The notes: generated by a model from the letters alone, not told the origin. A DNA stretch of 64,000 nucleotides from Spirochaetota bacterium (GCA_963664815.2 CAXXHB010000003.1:2720001-2784000); one strand, 5' to 3'; shown: positions 30,755-40,964, counted from the stretch's first letter. A program made the numbers and translations.

Positions 30755-31762
30755 CTAACCGCTGTTGACAATTGCATATTTCCCTTTTTCTGTTATTCTG
30801 TATCTCTGCAGACGACTGTTGGGTTTGTCCGGTATTGTCATTTCAATCACCCCCACTTCAATTGAGGGTTGTATATATCTCTCACGGAAGTTCTTTTCAT
30901 CTTTTAATCCGAGTTTTTCCTGAATTTCTTTTCGTGTCATATCTCCATTGATTATTAAAAGCATTTTTTTAACTTCGGGTGTGACTTCAGGTGTGACTTC
31001 GGGGGTAACGGTCGTCCTTAACGCTTCCGCAATCATTCTGAGCATAAATTCAATAAAGAATGAAGAATCGGCCTTCTTTGTGCTTTCTTTTATTGCGTTA
31101 TAATAATCCGCCTGATGCCTGAAAACGATGCTTTCAACAGGTATATTTATAAAAACCGGATTCCATTTATAAAGAATCAGGGTCTGCCACAGCCTTCCGA
31201 TTCTGCCATTGCCGTCTTCAAAGGGGTGGATAAATTCAAACTCATAATGAAACACAGAACCTGCAATGAGAGGATGGTGGTCAGTATTTTTCAGCCACCC
31301 CAGAAGGTTTTTCATAAGCATGGATACACGGTCAGCCGGAGGCGCAAGATGAACCACCTTCTCACCTGCCATCACGCCAACGCCCCCTTTTCTGTAAGCG
31401 CCCGGTTTATCAAGCAGCCCATCCATCAATATCTTGTGAGCTTTAAGTATATCCTTTTCTGAATATGGGAACCATTTATCAATACTGTCATAAGCACGAA
31501 TCGCGTTGTGCACCTCCATGATTTCACGAGGCGTGGCTATTACTTTTCTACCATCCAGAATTGCAGTAATCTGCTCTTCGCTCATGGTATTCCCCTCTAT
31601 GGCCAGAGAACCCTGGATTGTCTTAACCCGGTTAACCTTCCGCAGACGCAGATTATCAGAATGATCAGTGAACGCAGTAATACGGCCTACCATTTCGGAT
31701 ATTTCAGAAATGAGTGATATAACTGCCGGTGTTATTTTAAATGGAGGCATGTATTCAGGCAT
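30755..31762 (-). CDS. Fic family AMPylase with C-terminal wHTH
   Basis: [12 protein letters not shown]; TPEV x3 linker. Confidence 0.93.
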   Translation of the reverse strand: MPEYMPPFKITPAVISLISEISEMVGRITAFTDHSDNLRLRKVNRVKTIQGSLAIEGNTMSEEQITAILDGRKVIATPREIMEVHNAIRAYDSIDKWFPYSEKDILKAHKILMDGLLDKPGAYRKGGVGVMAGEKVVHLAPPADRVSMLMKNLLGWLKNTDHHPLIAGSVFHYEFEFIHPFEDGNGRIGRLWQTLILYKWNPVFINIPVESIVFRHQADYYNAIKESTKKADSSFFIEFMLRMIAEALRTTVTPEVTPEVTPEVKKMLLIINGDMTRKEIQEKLGLKDEKNFRERYIQPSIEVGVIEMTIPDKPNSRLQRYRITEKGKYAIVNSG

Positions 31763-31809
31763 TCCGGTTGTTCTCCATAGTTTATTTTATAACTCTTTTT
31801 TACCACCCT

Positions 31810-32084
31810 AACCTGCTGTTCAAACTGCGGTATCCGGAACATCGGTTGAGGCTGATTGATCTTAACAATCCATTCATCACCGGAGGGATTTTTCTCCTGT
31901 TTCCAGTGATGACCTTTTGGCAGATCATCAATCATCAGTTTATCATTGAAATAGCGGTTATTTCAATATATATTCACCATAACATGTATGCACCTGGCAG
32001 CCTGTAATCATTTCATCATCAAAAATTAGGATCATCACAAAACATCGATATTATAATACTAAAAAATCTGATTATCTCAGGCAT
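31810..32084 (-). pseudogene. DUF4160-like pseudogene
   Basis: MPEIIRFFSIIISMFCDD then a stop; VHTCYGEY in another frame. Confidence 0.65.
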
Positions 32085-32109
32085 AATTTAACAGCTTACT
32101 TTCAGCGAT

Positions 32110-32586
32110 GTCAAGTATCTTTATGATTTGTTAAATACTACGTTTGAGGGAGTTAATATTGTGTTTTTTAAGAAATATTTTTTACAGATTACTACTACAT
32201 TGTCTGAACACGATTACGGGATTAAGGGATTTACAGGATTGGCATCACAGCGGTTCTTTTACTTTGAAGATTCGCATTGTTCATAAAACCGGCAAAATTA
32301 AACCGGTGGTGACATTCCCGTTTCGACTCCGCTCAACGGGCGGTGTTTGAGTGAACCTGCTCGTTTCGACTCCGCTCAACGTATAATGCACGAATGAACA
32401 TGCTCGTTTCGACTCCGCTCAACGAGCGGTGCGCGAGTGAACATGCTCGTTTCGACAGGCTCACCAACCGTGATGTCGAAGGGCTTGCCTTGAGCGGAGT
32501 CGAAGGGATCCTGTTTCTTGTGGTAGTGTCAAATACCGAAAACAGTATTATGAAAATTCCTGAATCCTTTAATATCGATTCGGACA
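32110..32586. repeat. Composite intergenic element, copy B (most complete)
   Basis: GTCAAG end, core, 3 hairpin units, tail, right arm ending TTCGGAC. Confidence 0.88.
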
Positions 32587-32621
32587 GTTGTTGCTTACCG
32601 GTTAATTGTCCGCTCCTTGAT

Positions 32622-33429
32622 TTAAAACAACCTCCCCTGTAAATCATCTTCAGGATAAAATACACCTATTATAATAAATGGATTCCTTGATCTGAAATGA
32701 TGTTCCTTAGTTGTTCCGAGAAAGAAGTGAAGATCCTTTTTAATGAATGCATCAAAATATTTTTTTCTCACATCATCACAGGCTTTCCTTTCATCATTGT
32801 GTTTAGCCAGACAATTCCAGTACAGCTGTGAGGTCTCCCAGTCAGAAATCATAAGTTTACTTTTCTTCCCATTGATATCTTTAAACCTGTATGAAAAATT
32901 ATAAGGTACTTTTTTAACTATTTCAAGATTCTTATGTTCAGGAAATAGAAGCATCTGTTCTTTGTTTATTGCCATAGCTTCTGCTTTGTTCCATTCCCTT
33001 TCAGTTTTTTCAATAACAACATCAATAATCTCAGTTGGTTTAAATACGGCGAGTGAAGTCATGACCGCTCTGTCTTTAGCTTCAACAATCAGCTTTTTCA
33101 TATCGGTATATACTTTCTTCAGACAGATTTCTTTTCTTCTGTCCCATGAGCCTTTATCTGTATCAATAAGATCATGAAGTATAATATTATCAACATTGAG
33201 TGGTCTACAGCTTTCAGGTCTGAAATCTGATTTATTCTTAATCAGCTCAAGCTCAATCCACCGGTATTTTTCGAACTGTTTATCATAGTCAAGTTTGCGA
33301 TATGGGACAGGATAAATCCTGATAAAAGAACCATCCTCTTTAAAGCCTGCCGTGCATACAAGCTCCTGATAAGTTTTTTAAGTAAGCCGGATAGGTCTTG
33401 ACTGTAATAAAAACCTTTTCTTTTGCCAT
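32622..33429 (-). pseudogene. Conserved DUF488-partner protein, frameshifted in an A6 run
   Basis: MAKEKVFITVKTYP in one frame, continuing KTYQELVCTAG...IRIYPVP...FFLGTT...IIGVFYP in the +1 frame. Confidence 0.75.
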
Positions 33430-33437
33430 ACCTTCAT

Positions 33438-34325
33438 CTACAGATGGATTATTTTTTCTACCGGGCTGTACTTATCCTGTATGTAATCAGCGAGGATTTT
33501 CCTGTGGCATTTATTAATATCCGCCTCAAAGCATGTAAGCGCTATTCTTTTATATTTCCTGAGCAATTCAAGCAGATGCTTCTGCTGCCCGTCTGTACGG
33601 CTCAGTGTATCTTTTACATAATTTTTGAAAAGGATGCTATAACTGTTATTATCACAAATATTTTGTCTCTCTACGGAGTCTATTCCGAGCTCAGGTATCG
33701 ATACATATACAATACCTGTTTCATTGCAGATATGCTCAAGCCTGCTCTTTGTAAAACCGAACTTCATGCTTCGCGGATTTCTTCGTACATCTGCAAGGCA
33801 CCTGATATCATTCTTTATCAGTTTATTTATATATGCTTCAATACTAATCCCTTCGTACCCGATTGTGCATAAAGCCTTAACCGGCATATGAGGCCTTATT
33901 TTTTCTATTTCTTCTATTTCATCAGGTGAGAGATAATTTTCTTTAACCGAACTGTTTAGCGCGTAATATGGCGCAAATGTATATACATAATGCATAAGTG
34001 CATGGCCGGTTTTAAGCTCCATGCTTTTGCTCTTAACTTTTTTTATCCGGTCACGGTCTTCAGGTATAAGTTCCTTAAAATAGCTTTCCTGTACGGTTTT
34101 TATTATATCATTCTCATCAATCTTTACAATGCCTTTATTGCACAGAACATTAAGGTCGCTCCATGCGGTGAAGGAATAGCTGCCGTATTTATATGGTACA
34201 AATTCATAGACAGGTTCCTTTTGCGATACGGTTGTCAGGAAGAGATATTTCTGAAGCTCTATCTTTGAGAGTTTACCGTCAAAGGTTTCAAGGAGAGAGA
34301 GGAGGATTTTTCTGCGGTAGAACAT
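33438..34325 (-). CDS. DUF488 protein with N-terminal SocA/Panacea-like domain
   Basis: LQKYLFL...FVPYKYG; TIGYEG, DVRRNP.S.K.GF, LTCFE....CHR. Confidence 0.85.
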   Translation of the reverse strand: MFYRRKILLSLLETFDGKLSKIELQKYLFLTTVSQKEPVYEFVPYKYGSYSFTAWSDLNVLCNKGIVKIDENDIIKTVQESYFKELIPEDRDRIKKVKSKSMELKTGHALMHYVYTFAPYYALNSSVKENYLSPDEIEEIEKIRPHMPVKALCTIGYEGISIEAYINKLIKNDIRCLADVRRNPRSMKFGFTKSRLEHICNETGIVYVSIPELGIDSVERQNICDNNSYSILFKNYVKDTLSRTDGQQKHLLELLRKYKRIALTCFEADINKCHRKILADYIQDKYSPVEKIIHL

Positions 34326-34400
34326 GGATTTACTTCACCTCGCCTGCTTCAATGATTGACTTCTTTGCAGAAATATTTTTCACATATTTAACTTAACATA

Positions 34401-34428
34401 ATTATAGTATGGCTGCATTTAGTGTCAA
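34401..34428 (-). promoter_or_regulatory. Consensus sigma70 promoter spanning the element boundary
   Basis: TTGACA-16 nt-TATAAT on the minus strand. Confidence 0.8.
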
Positions 34429-34868
34429 GTCTTTAAACAGATTTGATTTTCTAATAAAGACTGCATAGATATTTATAATACGTGTGCGCGATGTGGTGAG
34501 ATAAATATTTTTTGTATTTAAGGAATATTTTTTTATTCAGCTGTCTGAACACGATTACGGGATTAAGGGATTTACAGGATTGGTATCACAGCGGTTCTTT
34601 TCCTTGAAGATTCACATAGTTCATAAAACCGGCAAAATTAAACCGGTGGTGACATTCCCGTTTCGACTCCGCTCAATGGGCGGGGTTTGAATGAACATGC
34701 TCGTTTCGACTCCGCTCAACGTACAATGCACGAATGAACATGCTCGTTTCGACTCCGCTCAACGAGCAGTGCGCGAGTGAACATGCTCGTTTCGACTCCG
34801 CTCAACGAGCGGTGCGCGAGTGAACATGCTCGTTTCGACTCCGCTCAACGAGCGGTGCGCGAGTGAAC
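34424..34868. repeat. Composite intergenic element, copy C (5 hairpin units)
   Basis: Same core as copies A and B. Confidence 0.88.
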
Positions 34869-35356
34869 TATATGGAACCGTTCTTTATGTACTATATTTT
34901 TCTTTATATGGTCATTGATGCGGAGCTTACCCTTTAAAATCTTCGAGTTCTCCTCCATTGTGATGTATCCTGACCTCATTCCCTGACGCACAAGCTCATT
35001 CATCTCATTGATAAACAGGTGGATGAATATCTCCATGATATGCATTTTGTATGTTGCAATGTCAGATTCATTAAATTGTTTGAAAGGTGAATCCTTCACA
35101 GTACGGAGCATTCGAAGGAAGAGCCTGCGGGTATCAGGAACACTCTCCTCCTCTTCTCTTTTTTCTCTATGGATTTTGGGGAGTATCTCAACAACAAGAC
35201 CTGAATCTGTCTGGATTACACCAACATAATTTTTTGACCGAAGGAAGCGGCCAATACCTTTTTTATGTAAAACACACCATCATGCTCCTTCTCTGCAATT
35301 GAAGGAGCAATTACACCGTATTCACGGATTGTATTATGGCATATATGGTGTTTCAT
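34869..35356 (-). pseudogene. Truncated duplicate of the mcrC 5' part
   Basis: Near-identical to about 44385-44960 with a 94-bp internal deletion. Confidence 0.92.
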
Positions 35357-35382
35357 TAACCGGTAATTCAGCTGAACGAAAT

Positions 35383-35625
35383 TTATCGTATAATCTGCAC
35401 AGGATGTATATCCCCTGTTACAGGGAGTTTAAAAATTTCATTCCTTAGGAGCCTTGTTGAAAAGAAGAGAACCTCCATACTTTCAATATTACCTGTATCC
35501 GGATTAAGGCGTGCGATTACATCATCGCCTAATTCTTCTGTCTCCTGTTCAGGATATGGATCAGTAAAATTTATATAGAGAATATCCGCTATTCTATCAT
35601 AATTGAATGTCATTTCTTTTCCCAT
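35383..35625 (-). CDS. DUF2283 antitoxin-like protein
   Basis: YD..ADILYI.F...E...EVL. Confidence 0.8.
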   Translation of the reverse strand: MGKEMTFNYDRIADILYINFTDPYPEQETEELGDDVIARLNPDTGNIESMEVLFFSTRLLRNEIFKLPVTGDIHPVQIIR

Positions 35626-35942
35626 TCTATTTCTCCATCACTTAGTTTTCTTGTTATATAAGCTGTGATGATCCAGTCACGCTGTTCAGGCTGAGTATCA
35701 CTTACAACAACTACAACAGTATATTTACCGCCTCTAATATTCTCAAAATACTTTGTAAGCATCCGCGCATTCTGAAACCTTGCACTTTTACGCACACTGT
35801 CAGGATCGAGAACTGTTTCGCAAACTGCCGATTCATAATCGGGAAGCAGTTCAGGATGCTGCTTTTTTATATGTTCATATCTTTCATCTGTTAATACAAC
35901 TTCTCTTTTAAGATACGGACAGAAAAAGATATTCATAATCAC
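35610..35942 (-). CDS. RelE/BECR-like putative RNase toxin
   Basis: LTDERYEHI...HPEL...WIITAY; directly upstream of DUF2283. Confidence 0.7.
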   Translation of the reverse strand: MIMNIFFCPYLKREVVLTDERYEHIKKQHPELLPDYESAVCETVLDPDSVRKSARFQNARMLTKYFENIRGGKYTVVVVVSDTQPEQRDWIITAYITRKLSDGEIEWEKK

Positions 35943-35995
35943 ATTTATCCTTTTTTTTCAAATAGTACAACATATTTTCTCATAAAATTCAGTTA

Positions 35996-36153
35996 TCACC
36001 TTATCCAGCAAAACTTCAGTTCTTTATTCCTGTCTATAATATCAAACTCATGATGATCAGAAGTTACCAGATACGCATCCTGATCTTTTCAAATCCCGGC
36101 TCCTTCTGAAAAAAAACAATAACGGAACAGGCATCAAGAAAATATACTTCCAT
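35996..36153 (-). pseudogene. PIN toxin with large internal deletion
   Basis: MEVYFLDACSVI...EPG fused out of frame to LVTSDHHEFD...WIR*. Confidence 0.75.
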
Positions 36154-36383
36154 CAGCGTTCAAGCTCCTTATCCATCTGCTTCTGTTTTAAAAAAAATTC
36201 TGTATTAAACCTGCTCCCTTTTAAAGAGCCGCATGCCTTTTCAATTATTGCTTTTGATGAAGTTTTCTGCTGTGTCTGAAATACCAATATAATTTCAACA
36301 GGCCCTTCCGGAATATTAGCAGGTACATCTATTGAAATTTTCCTGCTTTTCGGTACATTTGCTGATAATTTATACGCATTCAT
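36153..36383 (-). CDS. Antitoxin-like small protein
   Basis: 76 aa, G.VEIIL motif like the 30253 ORF; abuts the PIN remnant. Confidence 0.7.
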   Translation of the reverse strand: MNAYKLSANVPKSRKISIDVPANIPEGPVEIILVFQTQQKTSSKAIIEKACGSLKGSRFNTEFFLKQKQMDKELER

Positions 36384-36467
36384 TCTGTTAACCTCACGCT
36401 GAAATTTGTACTATATTAACTATAACGTTCTCTATCGTAAAGATTAAAAATATTTTTACTAATTTCA

Positions 36468-36568
36468 TTAATATATCTTAATGAAAACCTCAGCATCCAT
36501 GCTGTATTCATTTAATTAAGGATTCACCCTGTATGTAACCCAGTCCTCGTAGAAATACTCCTGTAGCA
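36468..36568 (-). pseudogene. Relic of an mcrB 3' end
   Basis: LQEYFYEDW|VTYRVNP*LNEYSMDAEVFIKIY versus the intact McrB C-terminus. Confidence 0.8.
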
Positions 36569-36667
36569 TCATTGAGATAGCGGTTATTTCAATATATATT
36601 CACTGTAACTTGTATGCACCTGGCAGCCTGTAATCATTTCATTACCAAAAAATCTGTTCCGAGCATA
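36568..36667 (-). pseudogene. Second DUF4160-like remnant
   Basis: About 75 bp similar to 31943-32017; GGAGGAG RBS retained. Confidence 0.6.
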
Positions 36668-36691
36668 ATTAAACTCCTCCCTTTCAGCGAT

Positions 36692-36957
36692 GTCAAGTAT
36701 CTTTATGATTTGTTGATTACTACGTTTGAGGGCAGTTGATATTGTGATTTTTTTAGAAATATTTTTTATAGATTACTATTACACTGTCTGAACACGATTA
36801 CGGGATTAAGGGATTTACAGGATTGGCATCACAGCGGTTCTTTTACTTTGAAGACTCACATGGTTCATAAAACCGGCAAAACTAAACCGGTGGTGACATT
36901 CCAGTTTCGACTCCGCTCAACGAGCGGTGCGCGAGTGAACATGCTCGTTTCGACAGG
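36692..36957. repeat. Composite intergenic element, copy D
   Basis: Closest to copy B; ends at TTCGACAGG. Confidence 0.88.
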
Positions 36958-37148
36958 TCCAGAATCATCATTTATGAATTTAATACATACATTTGTTTCA
37001 AGCAGATATTTCATTTTATAGTAATCCTTTCAATAATATCTCCCTGAGTACCTCTGATTATTTCTTCGCTGTTGCCTTTATATTTTTCAAGCTCAGGTAT
37101 AACAAGCCTGCCTGACTTTATATCCTGTTTAATTTTTATTGCTATCAT
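36952..37148 (-). pseudogene. Decayed duplicate of the vapBC pair
   Basis: Copy of about 30195-30477; antitoxin has an 87-bp in-frame deletion, vapC cut after about 21 codons. Confidence 0.88.
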
Positions 37149-37183
37149 GAACAAGCCTCCTTTACGTCAATGCCTTAGCTACT

Positions 37184-37420
37184 TTATAAAATCAGAAGCT
37201 CTGTTTTTTTATTATCAGACTCGTTTATAAAGGTAAATGGTTTACCTTCAAGTACACCCAACTGTTCACCTGCATTAAGCAGTTCTATCCCGTAAACCTT
37301 CCCGTCCGGCGCTATATCTATATTCAGCTCATCACTTATTCTGATTGTTTTAACATTCTCAACCTTATCACGCAGTCTTATATATCCAATATTAAACTTT
37401 GAATCATAGCTTATTTCCAT
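37184..37420 (-). CDS. DUF2283 antitoxin-like protein
   Basis: MEISYD....GYIRL...ID...DG...GIELLNA. Confidence 0.85.
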   Translation of the reverse strand: MEISYDSKFNIGYIRLRDKVENVKTIRISDELNIDIAPDGKVYGIELLNAGEQLGVLEGKPFTFINESDNKKTELLIL

Positions 37421-37430
37421 ATACTACCTC

Positions 37431-37685
37431 TTAATTAAAAAACTTAACAATAGCTGTTATTACAAGCCAGCTATTATTTTCATTAATTCCAAATACTTCA
37501 ATCTGTTTTTGCCTGTAATGCCTGCCATTCCTCTCATTATTATATGGTAAAGTAAGCCGGAATCCCATTCTGCCGAATTTTGCCGGAAACATTTCACCAG
37601 TTAATATGGTTTTAATCACTTCTCCTTCTTCAGCTCCACGCTACTTAATCCGCTGTGCAGCGTGAGGATGCAAAATCACTTCCAT
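37431..37685 (-). pseudogene. DUF4258-like toxin with premature TAG
   Basis: MEVILHPHAAQRIK*RGAEE...VITA; stop at 37641-37643. Confidence 0.75.
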
Positions 37686-37783
37686 CGGTTTACTCTCCCC
37701 AATCATGCAATTACCATGTGTGATAATCTGATCCGAAAAAGTAACCTGAGTTTATTCCAGATTAAATCTAATCTAAATATTGA

Positions 37784-38038
37784 GTTAAGTCTCTTTACGG
37801 ATTGATAATTGTAATACGCCGGAGTTGTATAAATTTAAAAATTTTTAATTGTCTGGGCACGATTACAGGATTAAGGGATTTGCATCACAGCGGTTCTTTT
37901 CCTTGAAGATTCGCATTGTTCATAAAACCGGCAAAATTTAACCGTTGGTGACATTCCTGTTTCGACTCCGCTCAACGTACAATGCACGAATGAACATGCT
38001 CGTTTCGACTCCGCTCAACGAGCGGTGCTTGAGTGAAC
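37784..38038. repeat. Composite intergenic element, copy E (diverged)
   Basis: Core with a small deletion plus 2 hairpin units. Confidence 0.8.
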
Positions 38039-38068
38039 TTTTATTTGAGAAATATTTTTACAGTTTTA

Positions 38069-38230
38069 TTATTTTTTGTCTTTCGGTGTGGTGATCTTTT
38101 TATCCATGCAGTAGATCATGGAGTTAAGGGCAAACTCCTGCAGGGATATGTCGTGCTCCACACAGAAATGCTTAATCTTCTTATGGAGTTCTTTTTCCAT
38201 TCTAAGGGTTGTCCTGACTTCTTCACTCAT
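38069..38230 (-). CDS. Small ribbon-helix-helix-like protein (53 aa)
   Basis: Below the ORF-track cut-off: MSEEVRTTLRMEKELHKKIKHFCVEHDISLQEF... Confidence 0.65.
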   Translation of the reverse strand: MSEEVRTTLRMEKELHKKIKHFCVEHDISLQEFALNSMIYCMDKKITTPKDKK

Positions 38231-38330
38231 ACTGCCACATTAATTTTTTTTTTATAAATGTCAAGAAAAACAAATTGACACCAAGACACCATAATGCAAT
38301 GACATTACTACACCATCCGGGAGGTATTGT

Positions 38331-38582
38331 ATGGAAATATTATCTTTCTCTACCAGTAATGTGGAAAACAAGCTTAACGATATATGCGGAGCTATTGAGG
38401 CTATGAAATTTGCCGTTGAGGGGCTGAGGTTCAGAAGCCTTATAAATGACAGCGAGCTTAACGGTCTTTATTCTGTTCTTAAGGATGCCGGGAAAAAGGC
38501 TGAAAGCCTTGCAGGAAACCTCAAGCCTGTGCTTATAGGGGATGGAAGGAGGATTGTTCTGGTGTTCTGCGAGGGCGAGTGA
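38331..38582 (+). CDS. Hypothetical protein
   Basis: GGAGGT RBS, TTGACA upstream; divergent from the RHH gene. Confidence 0.6.
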   Translation: MEILSFSTSNVENKLNDICGAIEAMKFAVEGLRFRSLINDSELNGLYSVLKDAGKKAESLAGNLKPVLIGDGRRIVLVFCEGE

Positions 38583-38644
38583 GAAGCCTGTATCACTCCT
38601 TATTATCACAGTTTAATTTAACATTTTAGCAAGATTGGTCCCCT

Positions 38645-39496
38645 TTATATCTTCCTGAACCAATCTTCATCAATACTTACCTGCTCAATAAGCTCGGTTT
38701 TAACACCCAGAGACAGCTCTTTCAGCTTCTCTGCCAGTTCATTCCCATCAATCAGATCAATAGGTGGTGCACCATCTCTCTGTGCCTCTTTAATCGCATC
38801 GCGAGTAAAAGAACCTGTGGTAATAAACAACCCCTTATCAGCCCTACCCTGCAAAGCTCCGCGAAAATCCCTTATATCTCTTGCAGCAACAACACCCTTA
38901 TACCTTTTACATTGAAATAACACATGGAAGCTGAGTAAGCCGCCGATTTTCATTATACCTTTACCATCAATTCCGCCATCTCCGCTTTTACCTGTGACTT
39001 CAACCTGGGTAAAACCTGACTCTCTTAGTAACCTCTGTGTTAATCTTTCAAATTGTGACGGTTCAATAGAAAGAAGAACTTCATTCAGGTGATCAATCCA
39101 GGTCGTTCTTTCATTAATTTCAGTTTCTGTATCCTGTAGCTGTTCTTCAAGTTTTTCGGTTGTCTTATCTTTAGATTCTTTTTCTCTTATAGCTTTTACG
39201 ACTTCTTTAGGATCAATAACAATAGGTTTATCTTTTATTTCAATCAGGGACCAAATACCTCTGGCAGAATTTTCAAGGAGTCCATATTTCTTTAAATATG
39301 TTTTTGTCCATGCAAGGCGATAATCAACTTCAGACATTGAACCGCTTTTACCATGAGGTATTTCAATAATAGAGTCAGGTAATGACATCAACTCAACAGT
39401 TTTGTTATTAATCTCTTCAATTGTTCCGGAACCGCCAAGCAGATGGAGTGCCTGAAGCAGTGGATTCATCATGCTATCATATGTTGGAATTTCCAC
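38645..39496 (-). CDS. mrr: Mrr type IV restriction endonuclease
   Basis: PTY...M.PLL, R..W...YL, DGGIDG, QCKRY, LIDG..L. Confidence 0.93.
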   Translation of the reverse strand: MEIPTYDSMMNPLLQALHLLGGSGTIEEINNKTVELMSLPDSIIEIPHGKSGSMSEVDYRLAWTKTYLKKYGLLENSARGIWSLIEIKDKPIVIDPKEVVKAIREKESKDKTTEKLEEQLQDTETEINERTTWIDHLNEVLLSIEPSQFERLTQRLLRESGFTQVEVTGKSGDGGIDGKGIMKIGGLLSFHVLFQCKRYKGVVAARDIRDFRGALQGRADKGLFITTGSFTRDAIKEAQRDGAPPIDLIDGNELAEKLKELSLGVKTELIEQVSIDEDWFRKI

Positions 39497-39650
39497 AGTA
39501 TAACCCTTCCTTATTGAATCAAGAAATATAATTAACTTCTATATTTTACAAGTTTTTTATAAAAAGATTAATTTAATTGCTGGTTAAATGTTCGTATTTT
39601 TAATATAGTTTCAGCTTAAGAATTAAAAGGATACCGGCTAATAATAATTA

Positions 39651-40964
39651 ACTTGAGTTAGGCGTTTTTTTAAAAGAAAAAAGATAATGGGGCAAAAAAT
39701 AGTATTAATTTTTTACCCCATTATGAATAGTATTTTAAAAACTCTAATGAATAAAAAAATAAACAACAGATTACAGAAGACAAGTATTTTACAGCGGCGA
39801 AAGAAATTTTTTCAAAACCGCAAATGAGGCATTTTACTAAGATGCTGAAAGGGATAATAGAATATGATGGTCGTCATACAATCTCAAGTATCAACTCCAT
39901 TCAGGTTGACACAAGAGATGTTAGTAATGATATAAAGTTTATAAGAGATACAGCTTGGACCTGTAAAGATCTTTTAAGAGTTAACAGGAATTTTTTAAAA
40001 TGTATCGCTAAGAAAAACGGGACAGGCTTTTTAATAATAGATGATACTGTGATAGAGAAGCCGGGAAAACCGAAGAAGATAGAAAGTCTCGGGTGGCATT
40101 ATTCTCATTCAAAAGGCAGAACGGTATATGGTCACAGCTTGGTGACAAGTCATTATAGATCAGGGGATATATCTTTCCCATATGATTTCCGGTTTTATCT
40201 AAATGAGAAAGTGGCAACTGAATCCGGAGAAGTATTTAAAACAAAACCGGATATAGCATGTGAATTGATAGATAAGTTTGAACCTTTTACGGGAGATAAG
40301 ATATACTGTTTAGTAGATAGCTGGTACACATCGGAGAAAGTCGTAAAAGCTGTAAAAGACCGGGAATTTGAACTTATAGGAGCGCTTAAGAGCAATAGAG
40401 TATTCCAGTTTAAAGAGCATGGTAAAAAACATAAGCTGTCAGCTTATGTGAAAAACTTAAGAAACTCATCCTTTGAGAAAGTAAAATTAAAGGATGAAGC
40501 CTTCAAAGTCAGACGGATAGAAGTCTGGCTGAAAGGTATCGGTAATGCAATTATACTGATATCAAAGAGAGTCAAGGACGGATCTATAATGTTCATCCTT
40601 AGTACGGATATGAACTTGAATAATGAAGGCATCTTGAAATATTACAGCTTTCGCTGGGATATTGAAGTTGGATATCTTTATTGTAAAGATCGTCTTGGTA
40701 TGAGTCAATACCAGATGAGGAAACTGAAGGCAATAGAAAAATACTGTGCTCTTGTATTTGCTGCGTATGCTTTACTTGAATCATTGAGAGTTGCTAACAA
40801 TGAACAGAGTCTTGGGAAATCTCGACAGTATTTCAAAATAATGAAGAAGCGGGAGTACGTTGATCAAGTGATTATAATGCATAAAAAGGGTGTCTCCAAG
40901 AGGGACATTTATAAAAAACTAAAACTCATGGCGTAGCTATGTCCAAAAAACGCCTAACTCGAGT
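39651..40964 (+). mobile_element. IS701-like insertion sequence
   Basis: TIRs ACTTGAGTTAGGCGTTTTTT / AAAAAACGCCTAACTCGAGT (1 mismatch), flanked by AATTA direct repeats (or TAATTAA if the ends are 39652/40963). Confidence 0.88.
39824..40936 (+). CDS. DDE transposase (IS701/IS4-like)
   Basis: IIDDT..EK, DSWY, Y..RW.IE......K. Confidence 0.92.
   Translation: MRHFTKMLKGIIEYDGRHTISSINSIQVDTRDVSNDIKFIRDTAWTCKDLLRVNRNFLKCIAKKNGTGFLIIDDTVIEKPGKPKKIESLGWHYSHSKGRTVYGHSLVTSHYRSGDISFPYDFRFYLNEKVATESGEVFKTKPDIACELIDKFEPFTGDKIYCLVDSWYTSEKVVKAVKDREFELIGALKSNRVFQFKEHGKKHKLSAYVKNLRNSSFEKVKLKDEAFKVRRIEVWLKGIGNAIILISKRVKDGSIMFILSTDMNLNNEGILKYYSFRWDIEVGYLYCKDRLGMSQYQMRKLKAIEKYCALVFAAYALLESLRVANNEQSLGKSRQYFKIMKKREYVDQVIIMHKKGVSKRDIYKKLKLMA

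Noticed and set aside
37641-37643. Pyrrolysine or recoded TAG in the DUF4258 gene
   Set aside because: TAG ends normal genes in this window and no pyl genes are seen; a GAG-to-TAG nonsense change is simpler.
29858-38040. Classical integron
   Set aside because: No recognisable attC R''/R' boxes and no tyrosine integrase; the elements are larger and carry promoters.
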